From an uncultured Chloroflexota bacterium (GTDB lineage Bacteria > Chloroflexota > Dehalococcoidia > Lucifugimonadales > CAJXCD01): a DNA stretch of 64,000 nucleotides. The position numbers and the translations under genes are program-made. The stretch covers positions 88,153 to 152,152 of the forward strand of contig CAJXCD010000004.1 of NCBI GenBank assembly GCA_913051545.1, written 5' to 3'. Positions 27,489 to 38,193 of this stretch are shown here, in pieces; positions within the stretch are counted from its first letter, which is position 1; every line of letters starts with the position of its first letter. The notes beneath the pieces are model-generated. The model did not search any database and was not told the origin of the DNA. It saw nothing but the letters and a program-made list of their open reading frames with translations.

Positions 27489-29648
27489 TTAAACATCTCT
27501 GACCAACCCTACTACACCCTCCACGCCCTCCAACCTAGAGAATAGTCGACTCAACTGATCTATGCCATTGGTCAATATAGTCAAATAAATCATACTTTTC
27601 TCACCGTGCTGCTCAGATGTACAGGATCCAATATTTACATTTTCTGAAGAAAGCAAACCCGTGATATCTCCCAGCAACCCTACTCTGTCTAAAGCCTCAA
27701 TCTTAATCTTTACAGGCACAGTTTTTGCATTCTTACCCCAACCTACATCTACTAACCCTTCAGCTTCAATTTGATCAACTATTCTTGAACAATCCTTAGT
27801 ATGTATACTTACAGTCCTGCCACTAGTAATGTAACCAGATATATCGTCACCGTACGAAGGGGAACAGCAAGTAGCGATTCTCGTATACAACTCTCCCACA
27901 CCTGAAACTTGTAAACCCAAGCTACTCAGATCATCCGGTAAGTCTGAGACAGATCCAACATTAGATTCATCCTCAGAGTTAGATACAGCCTTAATCACGT
28001 CAGGAACTGAAATTTCTCCCTTCCCAAGAGATGCAAGGAACTCTTCATTTGATTCAATACCCAGAGTTATAGATAGATTAAAGTTATCCCAATCAGGGTA
28101 CAGTCTCCGGAGTTGAGTAGATTCTATACGCCTCCCATTTTCTATGTTTGATTTTCGAGTCTGTCGGTTATACCACTGTCTTATCTTAGCCCTTGCAGAA
28201 GCAGTTTTAACATAACCCACATCTATATTTAGCCAAGAAATTGGCGGCCCCTTAGCTGACTTAGATGTAACTATCTCAACAGTATCCCCATTATTCAACT
28301 GGGTTTCGAGAGGGACTAGGATCCCATTAACTCTAGCACCAACGCACTTATGTCCAATCTCTGTATGAATCCTATATGCAAAATCGATGGTGGTAGAACC
28401 AACGGGAAGCTCTTTCAATTCACCTTGAGGCGTATATACGAAAACTTGATTATTAAATATATCTGTTTTAAATGATTCAACAAATTCTTGAGCTCCATGT
28501 ATATCACGTTGCCACTCTAAAACCTGGCGGAGCCACACCATTTTCTTTTCGAAATTTGGATCAGATTGTTCACCTTCCTTGTATAACCAATGTGCCGCTA
28601 CACCGTATTCAGCCAACTTATGCATTTCTTTTGTCCTAATCTGTATTTCTACAGGTAAACCTTCCTCACATAATACGGCCGTATGTAATGATTGATATAG
28701 ATTGTCTTTCGGATTAGCAATGTAGTCATCAAACTGGCCGGGCAGGGGCCGCCATTTGGCATGAATCACTCCTAATGCAGCATAGCAATCTTGCACATCA
28801 TCTACTATGATACGGAGAGCAAAGAGATCATATATCTCACTAACTTTCTTGTTTTGAGATGCATATAGTTCCATTTTTTTATGAACGCTATATATATGTT
28901 TCGGACGACCAGTTACTTCAGCCTCGATCTCAAAACCAGACAACGCCTCAACCAAAAGCTTACGTATACGCTCCACGTATGCTTCACGTCTGTTACGCTT
29001 AAGATTAATAAACTTGGAAATTTCCTTATATGCGTCTGGATTAATATACTGAAAAGATAAATCCTCTAAAAGCCATTTTACTTCCCAAATACCTAGTCGG
29101 TGGGCTAGAGGTGCATAAATATCCAAAGTTTCTTGAGCTATAGAAGAACGACGTCCCTCAGATTGAGCATCTAAAGTCCTCATATTATGCATACGGTCTG
29201 CCAGCTTAATAAGAACTACTCGAACATCCTCTGATATGTACTTCAGCATTTTTTTTAAATTCGCGGCCCTAGAAAATTCGTCTGCAGAACTATCTTGAAT
29301 CCAATTTCGTCTTTCTTCTGCGAGTAATTCAGTCTTTGTAAGCTTAGTTACACCATCTACCAACGTTGCTATTTCGTGTCCGAAACGCTTTTCTATATCA
29401 CCGTAAGAAACCCCACAATCTTCAATTACATCATGAAGTAGCGCAGCAGAAAGAGCAGCAGAATCCAAGTGCAATTCAGAAAGATATATAGCGGTTTGAA
29501 GAGGATGTTCAACGAACGGCTCGCCTGAAAGCCGAAGCTGGCCACGGTGAGATTCCTCAGCAAAATTGTATGCTTGTTGAATACCTTTAATCCCTTCCGG
29601 AGAAACGTATTCAGACGCTTTATTTAAGAGTGCCTCTATAGAAGACAA
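27489..29648 (-). CDS. relA: Bifunctional (p)ppGpp synthetase/hydrolase (RelA/SpoT homolog)
   Basis: HD hydrolase domain (HRGQLRLSGEPFVEHPL), synthetase motif GRPKHIYSVHKKM, TGS and C-terminal ACT-like regions; 719 aa. Confidence 0.95.
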   Translation of the reverse strand: MSSIEALLNKASEYVSPEGIKGIQQAYNFAEESHRGQLRLSGEPFVEHPLQTAIYLSELHLDSAALSAALLHDVIEDCGVSYGDIEKRFGHEIATLVDGVTKLTKTELLAEERRNWIQDSSADEFSRAANLKKMLKYISEDVRVVLIKLADRMHNMRTLDAQSEGRRSSIAQETLDIYAPLAHRLGIWEVKWLLEDLSFQYINPDAYKEISKFINLKRNRREAYVERIRKLLVEALSGFEIEAEVTGRPKHIYSVHKKMELYASQNKKVSEIYDLFALRIIVDDVQDCYAALGVIHAKWRPLPGQFDDYIANPKDNLYQSLHTAVLCEEGLPVEIQIRTKEMHKLAEYGVAAHWLYKEGEQSDPNFEKKMVWLRQVLEWQRDIHGAQEFVESFKTDIFNNQVFVYTPQGELKELPVGSTTIDFAYRIHTEIGHKCVGARVNGILVPLETQLNNGDTVEIVTSKSAKGPPISWLNIDVGYVKTASARAKIRQWYNRQTRKSNIENGRRIESTQLRRLYPDWDNFNLSITLGIESNEEFLASLGKGEISVPDVIKAVSNSEDESNVGSVSDLPDDLSSLGLQVSGVGELYTRIATCCSPSYGDDISGYITSGRTVSIHTKDCSRIVDQIEAEGLVDVGWGKNAKTVPVKIKIEALDRVGLLGDITGLLSSENVNIGSCTSEQHGEKSMIYLTILTNGIDQLSRLFSRLEGVEGVVGLVRDV

Positions 29649-29935
29649 TAGAACTCCAAATCTTTAGTAAATTAATTCAGACAATACGTAGCTAATTATA
29701 GTAAATCCCACAGAGGGTATCAATTTCTTTTTCCGCTTAGCACATTTAACAGTCAGATTGTTTCTCAATTATTTGATGCCTATAAGACCCTACATCCTGT
29801 AATCACTGATATAATCACGCAAGGTTGGACTACACCAATAACTTTACTTGTGATTCCGTGATGATATTTCTTGGGGTTATAATAGGACTATGATCACAAA
29901 TCGATGTAAGTCATTCTGGACAACGATATATAACA

Positions 29936-31195
29936 GTGAAAAAACTTCAAGCTCCGAGGGGAACCAACGATATTCTGCCAGATGAGCAGAAATATTGGCG
30001 ACTATTCGAAAAAACATCTACATCTTTGGCCGAGACATTCGGATACTCTCGCATAGATACACCAGTCATTGAAGATGCAAAACTATTCGTACGTGTCGTA
30101 GGTGAATCTACAGATATTGTCGAAAAGGAAACCTATACTTTCAAGGACCGTGGCGGGGATTTTATAACTCTCCGGCCAGAAGGTACTGCGCCGATATGCA
30201 GAGCATATATTCAAAATGGCATGCACAATCTCCCACAACCAGTAAGGCTATACTACTATTGCCCCGTATTTAGATATGATCGTCCCCAGGCGGGAAGGTA
30301 TAGAGAACATCATCAATTCGGAGTAGAAGTACTGGGAGACAGTAATTCAACGTTAGATGCTGAGGTCATATATCTCGCCTGGAAACTATTGAACGACCTT
30401 GGAATAAGCAATCTCATTCCATTAGTTAACAGTGTCGGTGATAAAAAATGTCGACCTAACTATATAAGTGAACTTAAAGACTACTTCCATTCTAGCGTTG
30501 TAGATTCATGCCCTAACTGTCCTAGGCGACTAGAAGAAAATCCTTTAAGACTTTTAGACTGTAAGGAAAAATCGTGCCTTGAAGTTATTTCAAGTGCTCC
30601 TAACAGCATAGAATACCTTTGCGGAGAGTGTCTCGAACATTGGGAGTCTCTGCTGATTGATTTAAAAAATATTGGCGTGCCTTACGTCATAGACAATCGA
30701 TTGGTAAGGGGCTTAGATTATTACATAAGAACCGTATTTGAAATTGTGCCGCAAGACTCTGGGAGTCAGAGCACAATCTCAGGAGGAGGGCGGTACGACG
30801 GGCTGATTGCTCAATTAGGAGGTCCTCCAACACCAGGTATTGGATTCGGAATGGGCATAGAGAGAGTATTGCTTGAATTAAAAAAACTTAACCATGAAAT
30901 CGATGATACCAAAACAACTAAGATATTGATTGCGTACACAGATGAATCCTCCAAAGCCGTTGGAACCACTGTACGCTCTCAGCTTCACCGGTCGAAAATC
31001 ACATCCGTACTAGCCCCATCTGGGAGAAGTTTAAAAAGTCAACTACGTTATGCTTCATCTATTAAAGCGTCCCATGCTGTAATAATTGGAGAACGCGAAC
31101 TCGAAAATGTAACCGTTACAATACGTGATCTTAAAGGAAGCGAACAAAAGGAAATCCCACAGGGAAATCTCCTGTCATATTTTGGTAAGGGATAA
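29936..31195 (+). CDS. hisS: Histidine--tRNA ligase
   Basis: APRGTNDILP, FRYDRPQAGRYREHHQFG, GGGRYDGL. GTG start. Confidence 0.95.
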   Translation: MKKLQAPRGTNDILPDEQKYWRLFEKTSTSLAETFGYSRIDTPVIEDAKLFVRVVGESTDIVEKETYTFKDRGGDFITLRPEGTAPICRAYIQNGMHNLPQPVRLYYYCPVFRYDRPQAGRYREHHQFGVEVLGDSNSTLDAEVIYLAWKLLNDLGISNLIPLVNSVGDKKCRPNYISELKDYFHSSVVDSCPNCPRRLEENPLRLLDCKEKSCLEVISSAPNSIEYLCGECLEHWESLLIDLKNIGVPYVIDNRLVRGLDYYIRTVFEIVPQDSGSQSTISGGGRYDGLIAQLGGPPTPGIGFGMGIERVLLELKKLNHEIDDTKTTKILIAYTDESSKAVGTTVRSQLHRSKITSVLAPSGRSLKSQLRYASSIKASHAVIIGERELENVTVTIRDLKGSEQKEIPQGNLLSYFGKG

Positions 31196-31222
31196 TAATC
31201 TGTGTTGTTTCAATAAAACTTG

Positions 31223-32023
31223 TCAATAGTGAATCGATTTTCCGGCACCACCACCAGCTGAAATAACATCTCCGTTAATAGCTACTGACTTGGGAGACGC
31301 CAAGAAGGTAACCACATAAGCTATTTCGTCAGCATTTATAATTCTGTTTAAAGGATTATCTTTTGCCATATTTTGTAATACTTCTTTCTCCGAAATACCT
31401 TGACCTCTTGCTCGTGCTGCTACTACTTTAGGAGTTGCCTCTGTCCAAGTGCGTCCTGGATGCACCGCAGTAACGTTTATTCCACATGAACCTAATTCTT
31501 CCGCTAGGTTCTTCGTCATAGCCACTACCGCGACATTCCTCATACTTCCTATAGTAGAAACCGCGTTTCTTGCCGCTAACCCACTCACATTTATAATCCG
31601 GCCCCATCCTCTAGTCTTCATGTGTGGAGCAACCCCCCGAGCGCACCTGAGATACCCCATAACCTTCACATTCATGTCTTCCCAAAAATGATCGTCAGTG
31701 ATTTCAGAAAGTGTAGGCACAGATCCTTGGCCAAGAGGTTTCGCTGCACAATTAACTAGTATGTCTATTCCTCCAAATTCCTTTACGACTTTCGAAACCA
31801 TAGCATTTACTTCTGTATCCCTACCCGTATCAGCTACCACTGAAATTACCCTACCACCTGTTTCAGATATAAGCCTATTCTCAGCATCTTCTAACAATTG
31901 TTTACCTCTGGCTACAATCGCAACTTCTACACCTTCTAAACCAAATTGCCTAGCGACTGCATACCCTATACCTCTGCTGCCTCCTGTAATTAGAGCTGTT
32001 TTGCCTTTTAGTCCTAACTCCAA
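31223..32023 (-). CDS. SDR-family protein with classical cofactor motif but no evident YxxxK catalytic pair
   Basis: TGGSRGIG and NCAA motifs. At the position aligned by eye to FabG Y151/K155 the sequence reads G-SMR-N (TIGSMRNVAVVAMTKNLA). Confidence 0.7.
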   Translation of the reverse strand: MELGLKGKTALITGGSRGIGYAVARQFGLEGVEVAIVARGKQLLEDAENRLISETGGRVISVVADTGRDTEVNAMVSKVVKEFGGIDILVNCAAKPLGQGSVPTLSEITDDHFWEDMNVKVMGYLRCARGVAPHMKTRGWGRIINVSGLAARNAVSTIGSMRNVAVVAMTKNLAEELGSCGINVTAVHPGRTWTEATPKVVAARARGQGISEKEVLQNMAKDNPLNRIINADEIAYVVTFLASPKSVAINGDVISAGGGAGKSIHY

Positions 32024-32116
32024 ATTATATCCTCCGATATCTGATGATTGGCTTTTCTAACCGGATGCTATACTAACATGATAATAACCATTACTCTCTA
32101 CGGTCTGGGAGAATCA

Positions 32117-33187
32117 ATGTTAGACAAACTTGAATCGATATTAGACAGATATGAAGAAGTTGAAAATTTGTTGTCAGACCCTGAAATATCTGGGAATTAT
32201 TCGCGAGTCGAAGAATTGTCTAAGGAACATGCTTCTCTCAAACAATTGGCATTGCTCTCCCGTGAATACAAAAAAATACTTTCTGGCATGGAAGAAGCCC
32301 GAATTCTATCCGGAGATGAATCAGATAGGGAAATAGCTGAACTCGCCAGAGATGAACTATCTAATCTCAGTGATAAGAAGAATTTGTTTGAACTAAAGCT
32401 CAGAAAAGCCCTTATACCGAAAGATCCCAATGATAATAAAAATGTCATTATGGAAATAAGAGCAGGGACGGGAGGAGAAGAAGCTGGTCTGTTCGTATCA
32501 GATTTATTCAGAATGTACTCAAGATTAGCACAACGAAACGGATGGAAAGCAGAAATTATAAACAGTAACGAAACTGGTCTGGGAAGCATCAAGGAAATGG
32601 TGTTTCAAATAAAAGGTAAAGGCGCATACAGCCGTTTGAAGCATGAAATCGGCGGACATAGAGTTCAACGCATTCCTGTTACTGAGTCAGCGGGTCGTAT
32701 CCACACTTCAGCTGCAACCGTAGCAGTGCTACCTGAAGCGGAAGAAATTGATGTAGAAGTGAAATCAGAAGACTTGAATATAGACATATTCCATTCTAGC
32801 GGACATGGAGGCCAAAACGTACAGAAAGTTGCAACTGCTGTAAGAATAACTCATACGCCCACAGGAATTACGGCAGTTTGCCAAGATGAACGATCACAAT
32901 TCAAAAACAAAGAAAAAGCCATGGCAGTTCTCAGATCTAGGATATTAGACAAAGAGATACAGCGGCAACAAAAAGAGCGTAGTGATTCGCGACGCAGTCA
33001 AGTGGGCTCCGGGGATAGATCTGAGCGTATTCGGACATACAATTTTCCTCAAGACCGAGTCACGGATCACAGAGTAAATGTTACTAAACACAACTTAGAA
33101 CAGGTCCTTGACGGCGACTTAAACGATATAATCGACTCCCTAATAGAAGTCGAGCAAGCTGAAAATTTGGAGATGGCAGGGATGTGA
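32117..33187 (+). CDS. prfA: Peptide chain release factor 1
   Basis: MLDKLESILDRYEEV start (ATG 32117 after GGGAGA), PVTESAGRIHTSAATV, SGHGGQNVQKV (GGQ). Confidence 0.97.
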   Translation: MLDKLESILDRYEEVENLLSDPEISGNYSRVEELSKEHASLKQLALLSREYKKILSGMEEARILSGDESDREIAELARDELSNLSDKKNLFELKLRKALIPKDPNDNKNVIMEIRAGTGGEEAGLFVSDLFRMYSRLAQRNGWKAEIINSNETGLGSIKEMVFQIKGKGAYSRLKHEIGGHRVQRIPVTESAGRIHTSAATVAVLPEAEEIDVEVKSEDLNIDIFHSSGHGGQNVQKVATAVRITHTPTGITAVCQDERSQFKNKEKAMAVLRSRILDKEIQRQQKERSDSRRSQVGSGDRSERIRTYNFPQDRVTDHRVNVTKHNLEQVLDGDLNDIIDSLIEVEQAENLEMAGM

Positions 33188-34044
33188 AAGTACGTGAAGC
33201 ATGGTTAGAATCAAGGAAAATTCTTAAATGTAACGGTGTACAAGACTATTCGATCGAAGCAGAAGTACTTCTACGTCATGTCCTTGGTATCGATCGCGTA
33301 AAGTTTTTTCAATCTCTAAACTCTGATATTTCTTCAAATACAAAGATATCTTTCTACGACATGATTCACCGAAGGTCTAGTCGAGAGCCATTGGCATACA
33401 TAATAGGATCACGTGAATTTTATGGACTAGATTTCATAGTGAACCCACATGTCCTTATACCTAGACAGGAAACTGAACTTCTAGTAGAGGAAGTGTTAAA
33501 TTTTTTATCATTACATTCTTTAAAAAATCCCCTTATTGCCGATATAGGAACTGGAAGTGGTTCAATTGCTATATCCATAGCTAAGAATTATGAAGGAGCT
33601 ACAATTTTTGCAACAGATAAAAGCATTGATGCTTTAAAAGTTGCTAACCTTAACCGTCATAAGCACGCCGTGTCTGATAGGGTAAAACTCTTACATGGGA
33701 ACCTTTTATCACCACTAAGTCAAAAAGTAGACGTAATAGTATCCAATCCACCGTATATTGCATCAAATATAATAGGGAACTTAGAACCCGAAGTACAAAA
33801 TGAACCACGAGAAGCGTTAGATGGTGGATATTCAGGCGTAGATTACATAAACGAACTGATCTCTACTTCTACGTGTATTCTAAAATCCAATGGCATGATT
33901 GCTATTGAAATTAACTATGATCATTCAGAAAAGTCCAAAAAATTATGTCACGAATATTTTCCAAAAGCTGAAATTTCCGTCATAGAGGATTTAACTCAAA
34001 CCCCCAGAATGGTTAGGATTGTTTTAGCTAAAAGATTACAATAA
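33184..34044 (+). CDS. prmC: Release-factor glutamine methyltransferase
   Basis: GTGSGSIAIS SAM motif and VSNPPYI (NPPY). GTG start overlaps the prfA stop. Confidence 0.9.
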   Translation: MKVREAWLESRKILKCNGVQDYSIEAEVLLRHVLGIDRVKFFQSLNSDISSNTKISFYDMIHRRSSREPLAYIIGSREFYGLDFIVNPHVLIPRQETELLVEEVLNFLSLHSLKNPLIADIGTGSGSIAISIAKNYEGATIFATDKSIDALKVANLNRHKHAVSDRVKLLHGNLLSPLSQKVDVIVSNPPYIASNIIGNLEPEVQNEPREALDGGYSGVDYINELISTSTCILKSNGMIAIEINYDHSEKSKKLCHEYFPKAEISVIEDLTQTPRMVRIVLAKRLQ

Positions 34045-34095
34045 TGGATATTGAACATGATCAAGACTCGAAACAGTTGTCGTATACGTCTTAGA

Positions 34096-35592
34096 TTAAT
34101 TCTCTTGGGAAAGATACACCGCGTACAAACGCACATCTTCTGGACGTAATCCATGAAAACTAATCTTTACTCTAAATGATCCTTCTAACCCTACAATACA
34201 TCTTCTAGACTTCCAAACAACCAATTCCTGAAGCCCGGAAGATTTTACTGGAACGGCATCCTTGCCCGAATATCCACTTATTGGAATAAAATTTTCATCT
34301 AGTAATTCAACTGTTAACCAACTATCCTCTGAGGCTTTATCAACATTAACCTTAAGAGTGGTCTCCTGGCTATCTGTGCTCACAACACACGATACTGCCT
34401 GAGGCGTAACATCATCCATCATAGAAACCGTATCTTCAGCTCTTACAGCTCGGGCTCTCATCCAATCCATTTGAGCATAATTATATACTTCAAATGATCC
34501 CAGCCTATCACGAGGCCACGTCGCTAAACGAACGTCCTTCCCTTTCCACAAACCATACCAAAGCATAGTTTGATCTCCTAAATTACACATGGCCTGCCCT
34601 TGGGATAATGCTGGCAAAGATCCAGCTGGTGCTTCTAACTCCCATTGGCTCGGTACAATTGGAAAATCTGGTATCGGTTCAACAAAATGCAAGGCGTCAT
34701 TACTTACAATAAGACCAAGATCCATTCGAACCTGTGCAGGATCTGCTGATGGACTACCGTCCCACATCCCATAAATTCCAAGAACTACGTTTCCTCTCTC
34801 CCAAAGTCCTGCCCCAAGGTGAACTTCATTCCCTTGATTCCACTCACTTGCCATAGCACGTGGAGGTATGGCATCTCTTCTAAAACTCAAAGATCCTGCT
34901 GGTGACCAATGCTCAAAATCTTTAGAAGCAAAAGTAACCATTTTACGTTTAGCTCCGAAGTGTGAGGGAAGATAGCCATCCTGTCCGTTTACATAGTACC
35001 AACCATTAAATTTAACCAACCCTGACTGCTCAAGCGATGGTCCTAGAGGGTTATTGGCGCTCTCCGTCCAAACAATACCGTCTGAGCTATAAGCTCCAGC
35101 GAACCGTGCACAATAAGGACTCGCTTCAAAATTCATCTTAAAACGTCGGGCAGGATCAACCTCGTCAGGATCATAAATAACCGGTGCCTCAGTTACTGCA
35201 TGTCTACCATCCATCAAACTGACTAAATTGTTGGATGTTGATCCTTTGTATTCAACTAGGCCTAATTCCGGTTTTTCCCAATTCAAACCGTCAATACTAG
35301 TAGCATAACAAACCCTTAGAATATCTTCAGAAGATGGTCCGCCAGATCCCAAATACCACATTTTAAGCTGACCATCAACGTTTATAACCGTCCCATAAAA
35401 TCGAACATTATAGTGGTCCGGACTACCCTTGGGCCCTCTTCTCAAAACTATAGGATTAGTTATATTAGGGGTTTTTCCAGGTACAAGCTGAATCCTTAAT
35501 CTGGATGAGAATGGAAAACTGAAAATATCAAAAGGGAACAGAACAGCCTCTTTTAACATTGGAGCTTCTGCAGTACTTTTTACTTGAATCAT
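34096..35592 (-). CDS. Beta-propeller glycoside-hydrolase-like protein (family uncertain)
   Basis: 498 aa. Recurring blade motif SxDGxxW / DFxxW (ATSIDGLNWEKP, YSSDGIVWTES, ASKDFEHWSP). No signal peptide seen. Confidence 0.35.
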   Translation of the reverse strand: MIQVKSTAEAPMLKEAVLFPFDIFSFPFSSRLRIQLVPGKTPNITNPIVLRRGPKGSPDHYNVRFYGTVINVDGQLKMWYLGSGGPSSEDILRVCYATSIDGLNWEKPELGLVEYKGSTSNNLVSLMDGRHAVTEAPVIYDPDEVDPARRFKMNFEASPYCARFAGAYSSDGIVWTESANNPLGPSLEQSGLVKFNGWYYVNGQDGYLPSHFGAKRKMVTFASKDFEHWSPAGSLSFRRDAIPPRAMASEWNQGNEVHLGAGLWERGNVVLGIYGMWDGSPSADPAQVRMDLGLIVSNDALHFVEPIPDFPIVPSQWELEAPAGSLPALSQGQAMCNLGDQTMLWYGLWKGKDVRLATWPRDRLGSFEVYNYAQMDWMRARAVRAEDTVSMMDDVTPQAVSCVVSTDSQETTLKVNVDKASEDSWLTVELLDENFIPISGYSGKDAVPVKSSGLQELVVWKSRRCIVGLEGSFRVKISFHGLRPEDVRLYAVYLSQEN

Positions 35593-35654
35593 TCCCTTAT
35601 TCCTATAGCCAATTTAATTCTTAGAGCTGTTATGCAAGTCAATGGCCATATTTA

Positions 35655-36026
35655 TTAAATTTTCCTTTCACGAAAAATTTCCACACCAGCATGGTCTAGT
35701 ATTCCATTTTGCATGGAAACATTTGGCTTCTTTACATTTACCCTTACCGATACAGCACAAAAATCACCCAACACTCGTTCAGCTATATTATGTGCAACTC
35801 TTTCAATAAGATTTTGGGGGGTACCTTGAACAATGTCTCTTACCGAAGCATACACTTCTGAGTAATTAATTGTGTCGGAAATATCATCTGAAATAGCCGA
35901 AGCGCTAAGATCACAAAGGATCTCGAGATCAACAACAAACACTTGTCCTAGCAATTGCTCTGCTGATTCTACCCCATGAAAACCATAAAACCTCATCCCT
36001 TCCAACTGAATCTTATCACTGTCCAT
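35655..36026 (-). CDS. folB: Dihydroneopterin aldolase
   Basis: IQLEGMRFYGFHGVESAEQLLGQVFVVDLEI pattern; 123 aa. Confidence 0.85.
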   Translation of the reverse strand: MDSDKIQLEGMRFYGFHGVESAEQLLGQVFVVDLEILCDLSASAISDDISDTINYSEVYASVRDIVQGTPQNLIERVAHNIAERVLGDFCAVSVRVNVKKPNVSMQNGILDHAGVEIFRERKI

Positions 36027-36975
36027 CGACTATGACCTTTCTTTTGTCTACCTGAGTCAATTGATTCGCGCGAGCAATGGTCGCTTTAGCTCTTTTTACT
36101 ATAGGTATATCAATCATCTTACCCTCTAAAGAGGTAGACCCTTTACCTAATCTCTCTTCGTCCACAAATGAATCAATTACTCTACGAGCTTCTCGAATTT
36201 CTTCTACACTAGGGGAAAATGCCGAATTAATGATATCAATTTGTGAAGGGTGTATAGCAAATTTACCTTTATATCCAATTTTTCTTGCATTACTTGCATG
36301 ATCTTTTAAACCATTCCCATCTTTGAACTTGACGTATGGTGTGTCTAATGCCTGAATCCCCGCTGCTCTAGCTGCCACTGCAACAACACTCCGGGGGTAT
36401 GACACCTCAGAATCATCATCAGTACGTTCAACACCCATGTCGTTGGTGAAGTCTTCGGCACCAAAGGCCACAGCTATCGTTCTCTGTGAAGCTGAACAGA
36501 TTTCATAGGCATTTACCACTGCTACTGCGATTTCTATCCAGATCAATAATTTGATATGACCATGTTTTAATCCTGCCCGTTCCTCTTGGATACCTACAAG
36601 TTTCGATATTTCAATCACATCATCAGCATTTCTTACTTTACCTACGGATATGGCAAAAGTACTGGGACATATGACTGCAGCTAAATCTAATTCCATCAAC
36701 CCTGTATCTCTGGGGTTTACCCTAGGAATTAGTAACGGGCCAACATTAGCTAACTTTGGGATATAAGAAACCACTAAATTACGAGCATTGTCCTTTTCTA
36801 CATCTGGGACTGAATCTTCCAAATCAGGGACATAAGCATCGGGTGAAAAATTTATAGACTTTCTCAACATATTAGGTCGGTTACCCGGAACAAACAGAAG
36901 ACTTCTTAAAATCTCCAAATTAACCCCCCTTCCGATTTTGTCAAATAAATAACTGCGGAGTATACCATGCAGCAC
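36016..36975 (-). CDS. HpcH/HpaI aldolase / citrate-lyase beta (CitE)-like acyl-CoA lyase
   Basis: LRSLLFVPGNRPNML, DLEDSV and KFAIHPSQI motifs. The real start may be TTG 36918, 5 nt after AAGGGGGG. Confidence 0.7.
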   Translation of the reverse strand: MLHGILRSYLFDKIGRGVNLEILRSLLFVPGNRPNMLRKSINFSPDAYVPDLEDSVPDVEKDNARNLVVSYIPKLANVGPLLIPRVNPRDTGLMELDLAAVICPSTFAISVGKVRNADDVIEISKLVGIQEERAGLKHGHIKLLIWIEIAVAVVNAYEICSASQRTIAVAFGAEDFTNDMGVERTDDDSEVSYPRSVVAVAARAAGIQALDTPYVKFKDGNGLKDHASNARKIGYKGKFAIHPSQIDIINSAFSPSVEEIREARRVIDSFVDEERLGKGSTSLEGKMIDIPIVKRAKATIARANQLTQVDKRKVIVDGQ

Positions 36976-37034
36976 TACGTGAGCCTATCACAATTAATTG
37001 ACTGTATTAAACCACTATGTTATAACCCACCGCT

Positions 37035-37814
37035 ATGGTAAACCATAAAAATTTCCAGGTAGATATTATAGGCGTCCAAAATATTCACGCTATTAAAAAA
37101 GGGGATGATATCTCCGAAATAATCCTTCTTGCAACTAAATTACAAGATACCCCCATTGCCAAACAAGATGTAATTGTAGTAACGCAAAAAATAGTATCTA
37201 AATCAGAAGGTAGAATAGTCTCATTAAATGATGTAACTCCATCTATTATTGCTAAGTCATTTGCTAAAAGTAGTGGGAAAGATCCTAGATTGATTGAACT
37301 CATATTCATGGAAAGTCGATCAATTGTACGTTCTGATCCTGATCGCGGCATCCTTATAGTAGAAACTGAACACGGTTTCGTATGCGCAAATGCCGGAATT
37401 GATTCTTCGAATGTTGAATCTGATTCTGACACGGTTACTCTACTGCCTAGAAACCCAGACTTATCAGCAAAAAAGATACGATCAGAATTGGAACAAAAAT
37501 CAGGAGTGTCAAAAATAGCTGTGATTATTTCTGATACTTTCGGTCGTCCCTGGAGAGAAGGCCAAACCAATATAGCAATAGGTATCGATGGAATTAACCC
37601 TTTAAAAGATTACCGTGGAACGCATGACACCGAAGGTGCTGTACTAACCTCAACTAAAATAGCAGTTGCAGATGAAATAGCCAGTGCTGCTGAATTGGTT
37701 ATGGGAAAAATCAATAGGGTACCTGTAGCTATAGTAAGAGGGTTCGATTATCCTACGGGAGAATGTTCATATTCTTCACTGATACGCGAACGATCACGAG
37801 ATTTATTCCGTTGA
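37035..37814 (+). CDS. cofE: Coenzyme F420:L-glutamate ligase (CofE family)
   Basis: VVTQKIVSKSEGR, ANAGIDSSN and GRPWREGQTNIAIG motifs; 259 aa. Confidence 0.8.
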   Translation: MVNHKNFQVDIIGVQNIHAIKKGDDISEIILLATKLQDTPIAKQDVIVVTQKIVSKSEGRIVSLNDVTPSIIAKSFAKSSGKDPRLIELIFMESRSIVRSDPDRGILIVETEHGFVCANAGIDSSNVESDSDTVTLLPRNPDLSAKKIRSELEQKSGVSKIAVIISDTFGRPWREGQTNIAIGIDGINPLKDYRGTHDTEGAVLTSTKIAVADEIASAAELVMGKINRVPVAIVRGFDYPTGECSYSSLIRERSRDLFR

Positions 37815-37838
37815 AGAAAGACATCGAACGGTAAAAAA

Positions 37839-38105
37839 TTAATCCGAACTATCGTCCTCCGCAAGGCTTTTACTTGATGGAGAGCTACCAGCCGGAAAAC
37901 GAGATCCACCAGACAATGACTCTATCGAGACATCATAACCCCAAGCCGAACCTTCTATATAATTCTGAAATTGCTTTTCCTCTGTACAGATAGAACAAAC
38001 ACCCTTACTGGACGGTCCATTAGGAGTATCTATAACCCACACATGCTGGCATGAAGAAGTCTCTACAATTTCACCATCTAACTCTTTCGTGTCCCCAGAT
38101 TTCAC
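37839..38105 (-). CDS. Hypothetical small Cys-containing acidic protein
   Basis: 88 aa. CQH..(17)..CSIC possible zinc site and a Ser/Asp-rich tail. GTG start after AAGGGGG. Confidence 0.4.
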   Translation of the reverse strand: MKSGDTKELDGEIVETSSCQHVWVIDTPNGPSSKGVCSICTEEKQFQNYIEGSAWGYDVSIESLSGGSRFPAGSSPSSKSLAEDDSSD

Positions 38106-38163
38106 TTCTATTTATACCCCCTTTTTCGTGAATAATAGTTCCTGCTTTAATAGTCAGAGGCAG

Positions 38164-38193
38164 ACTTTAACAAAGCATATTGAACAGTGTCAA
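38164..38193 (-). promoter_or_regulatory. Putative promoter (TTGACA-18-TAAAGT) of the 37839-38105 gene
   Basis: Minus-strand TTGACA (plus 38188-38193) and TAAAGT (plus 38164-38169). Confidence 0.35.
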
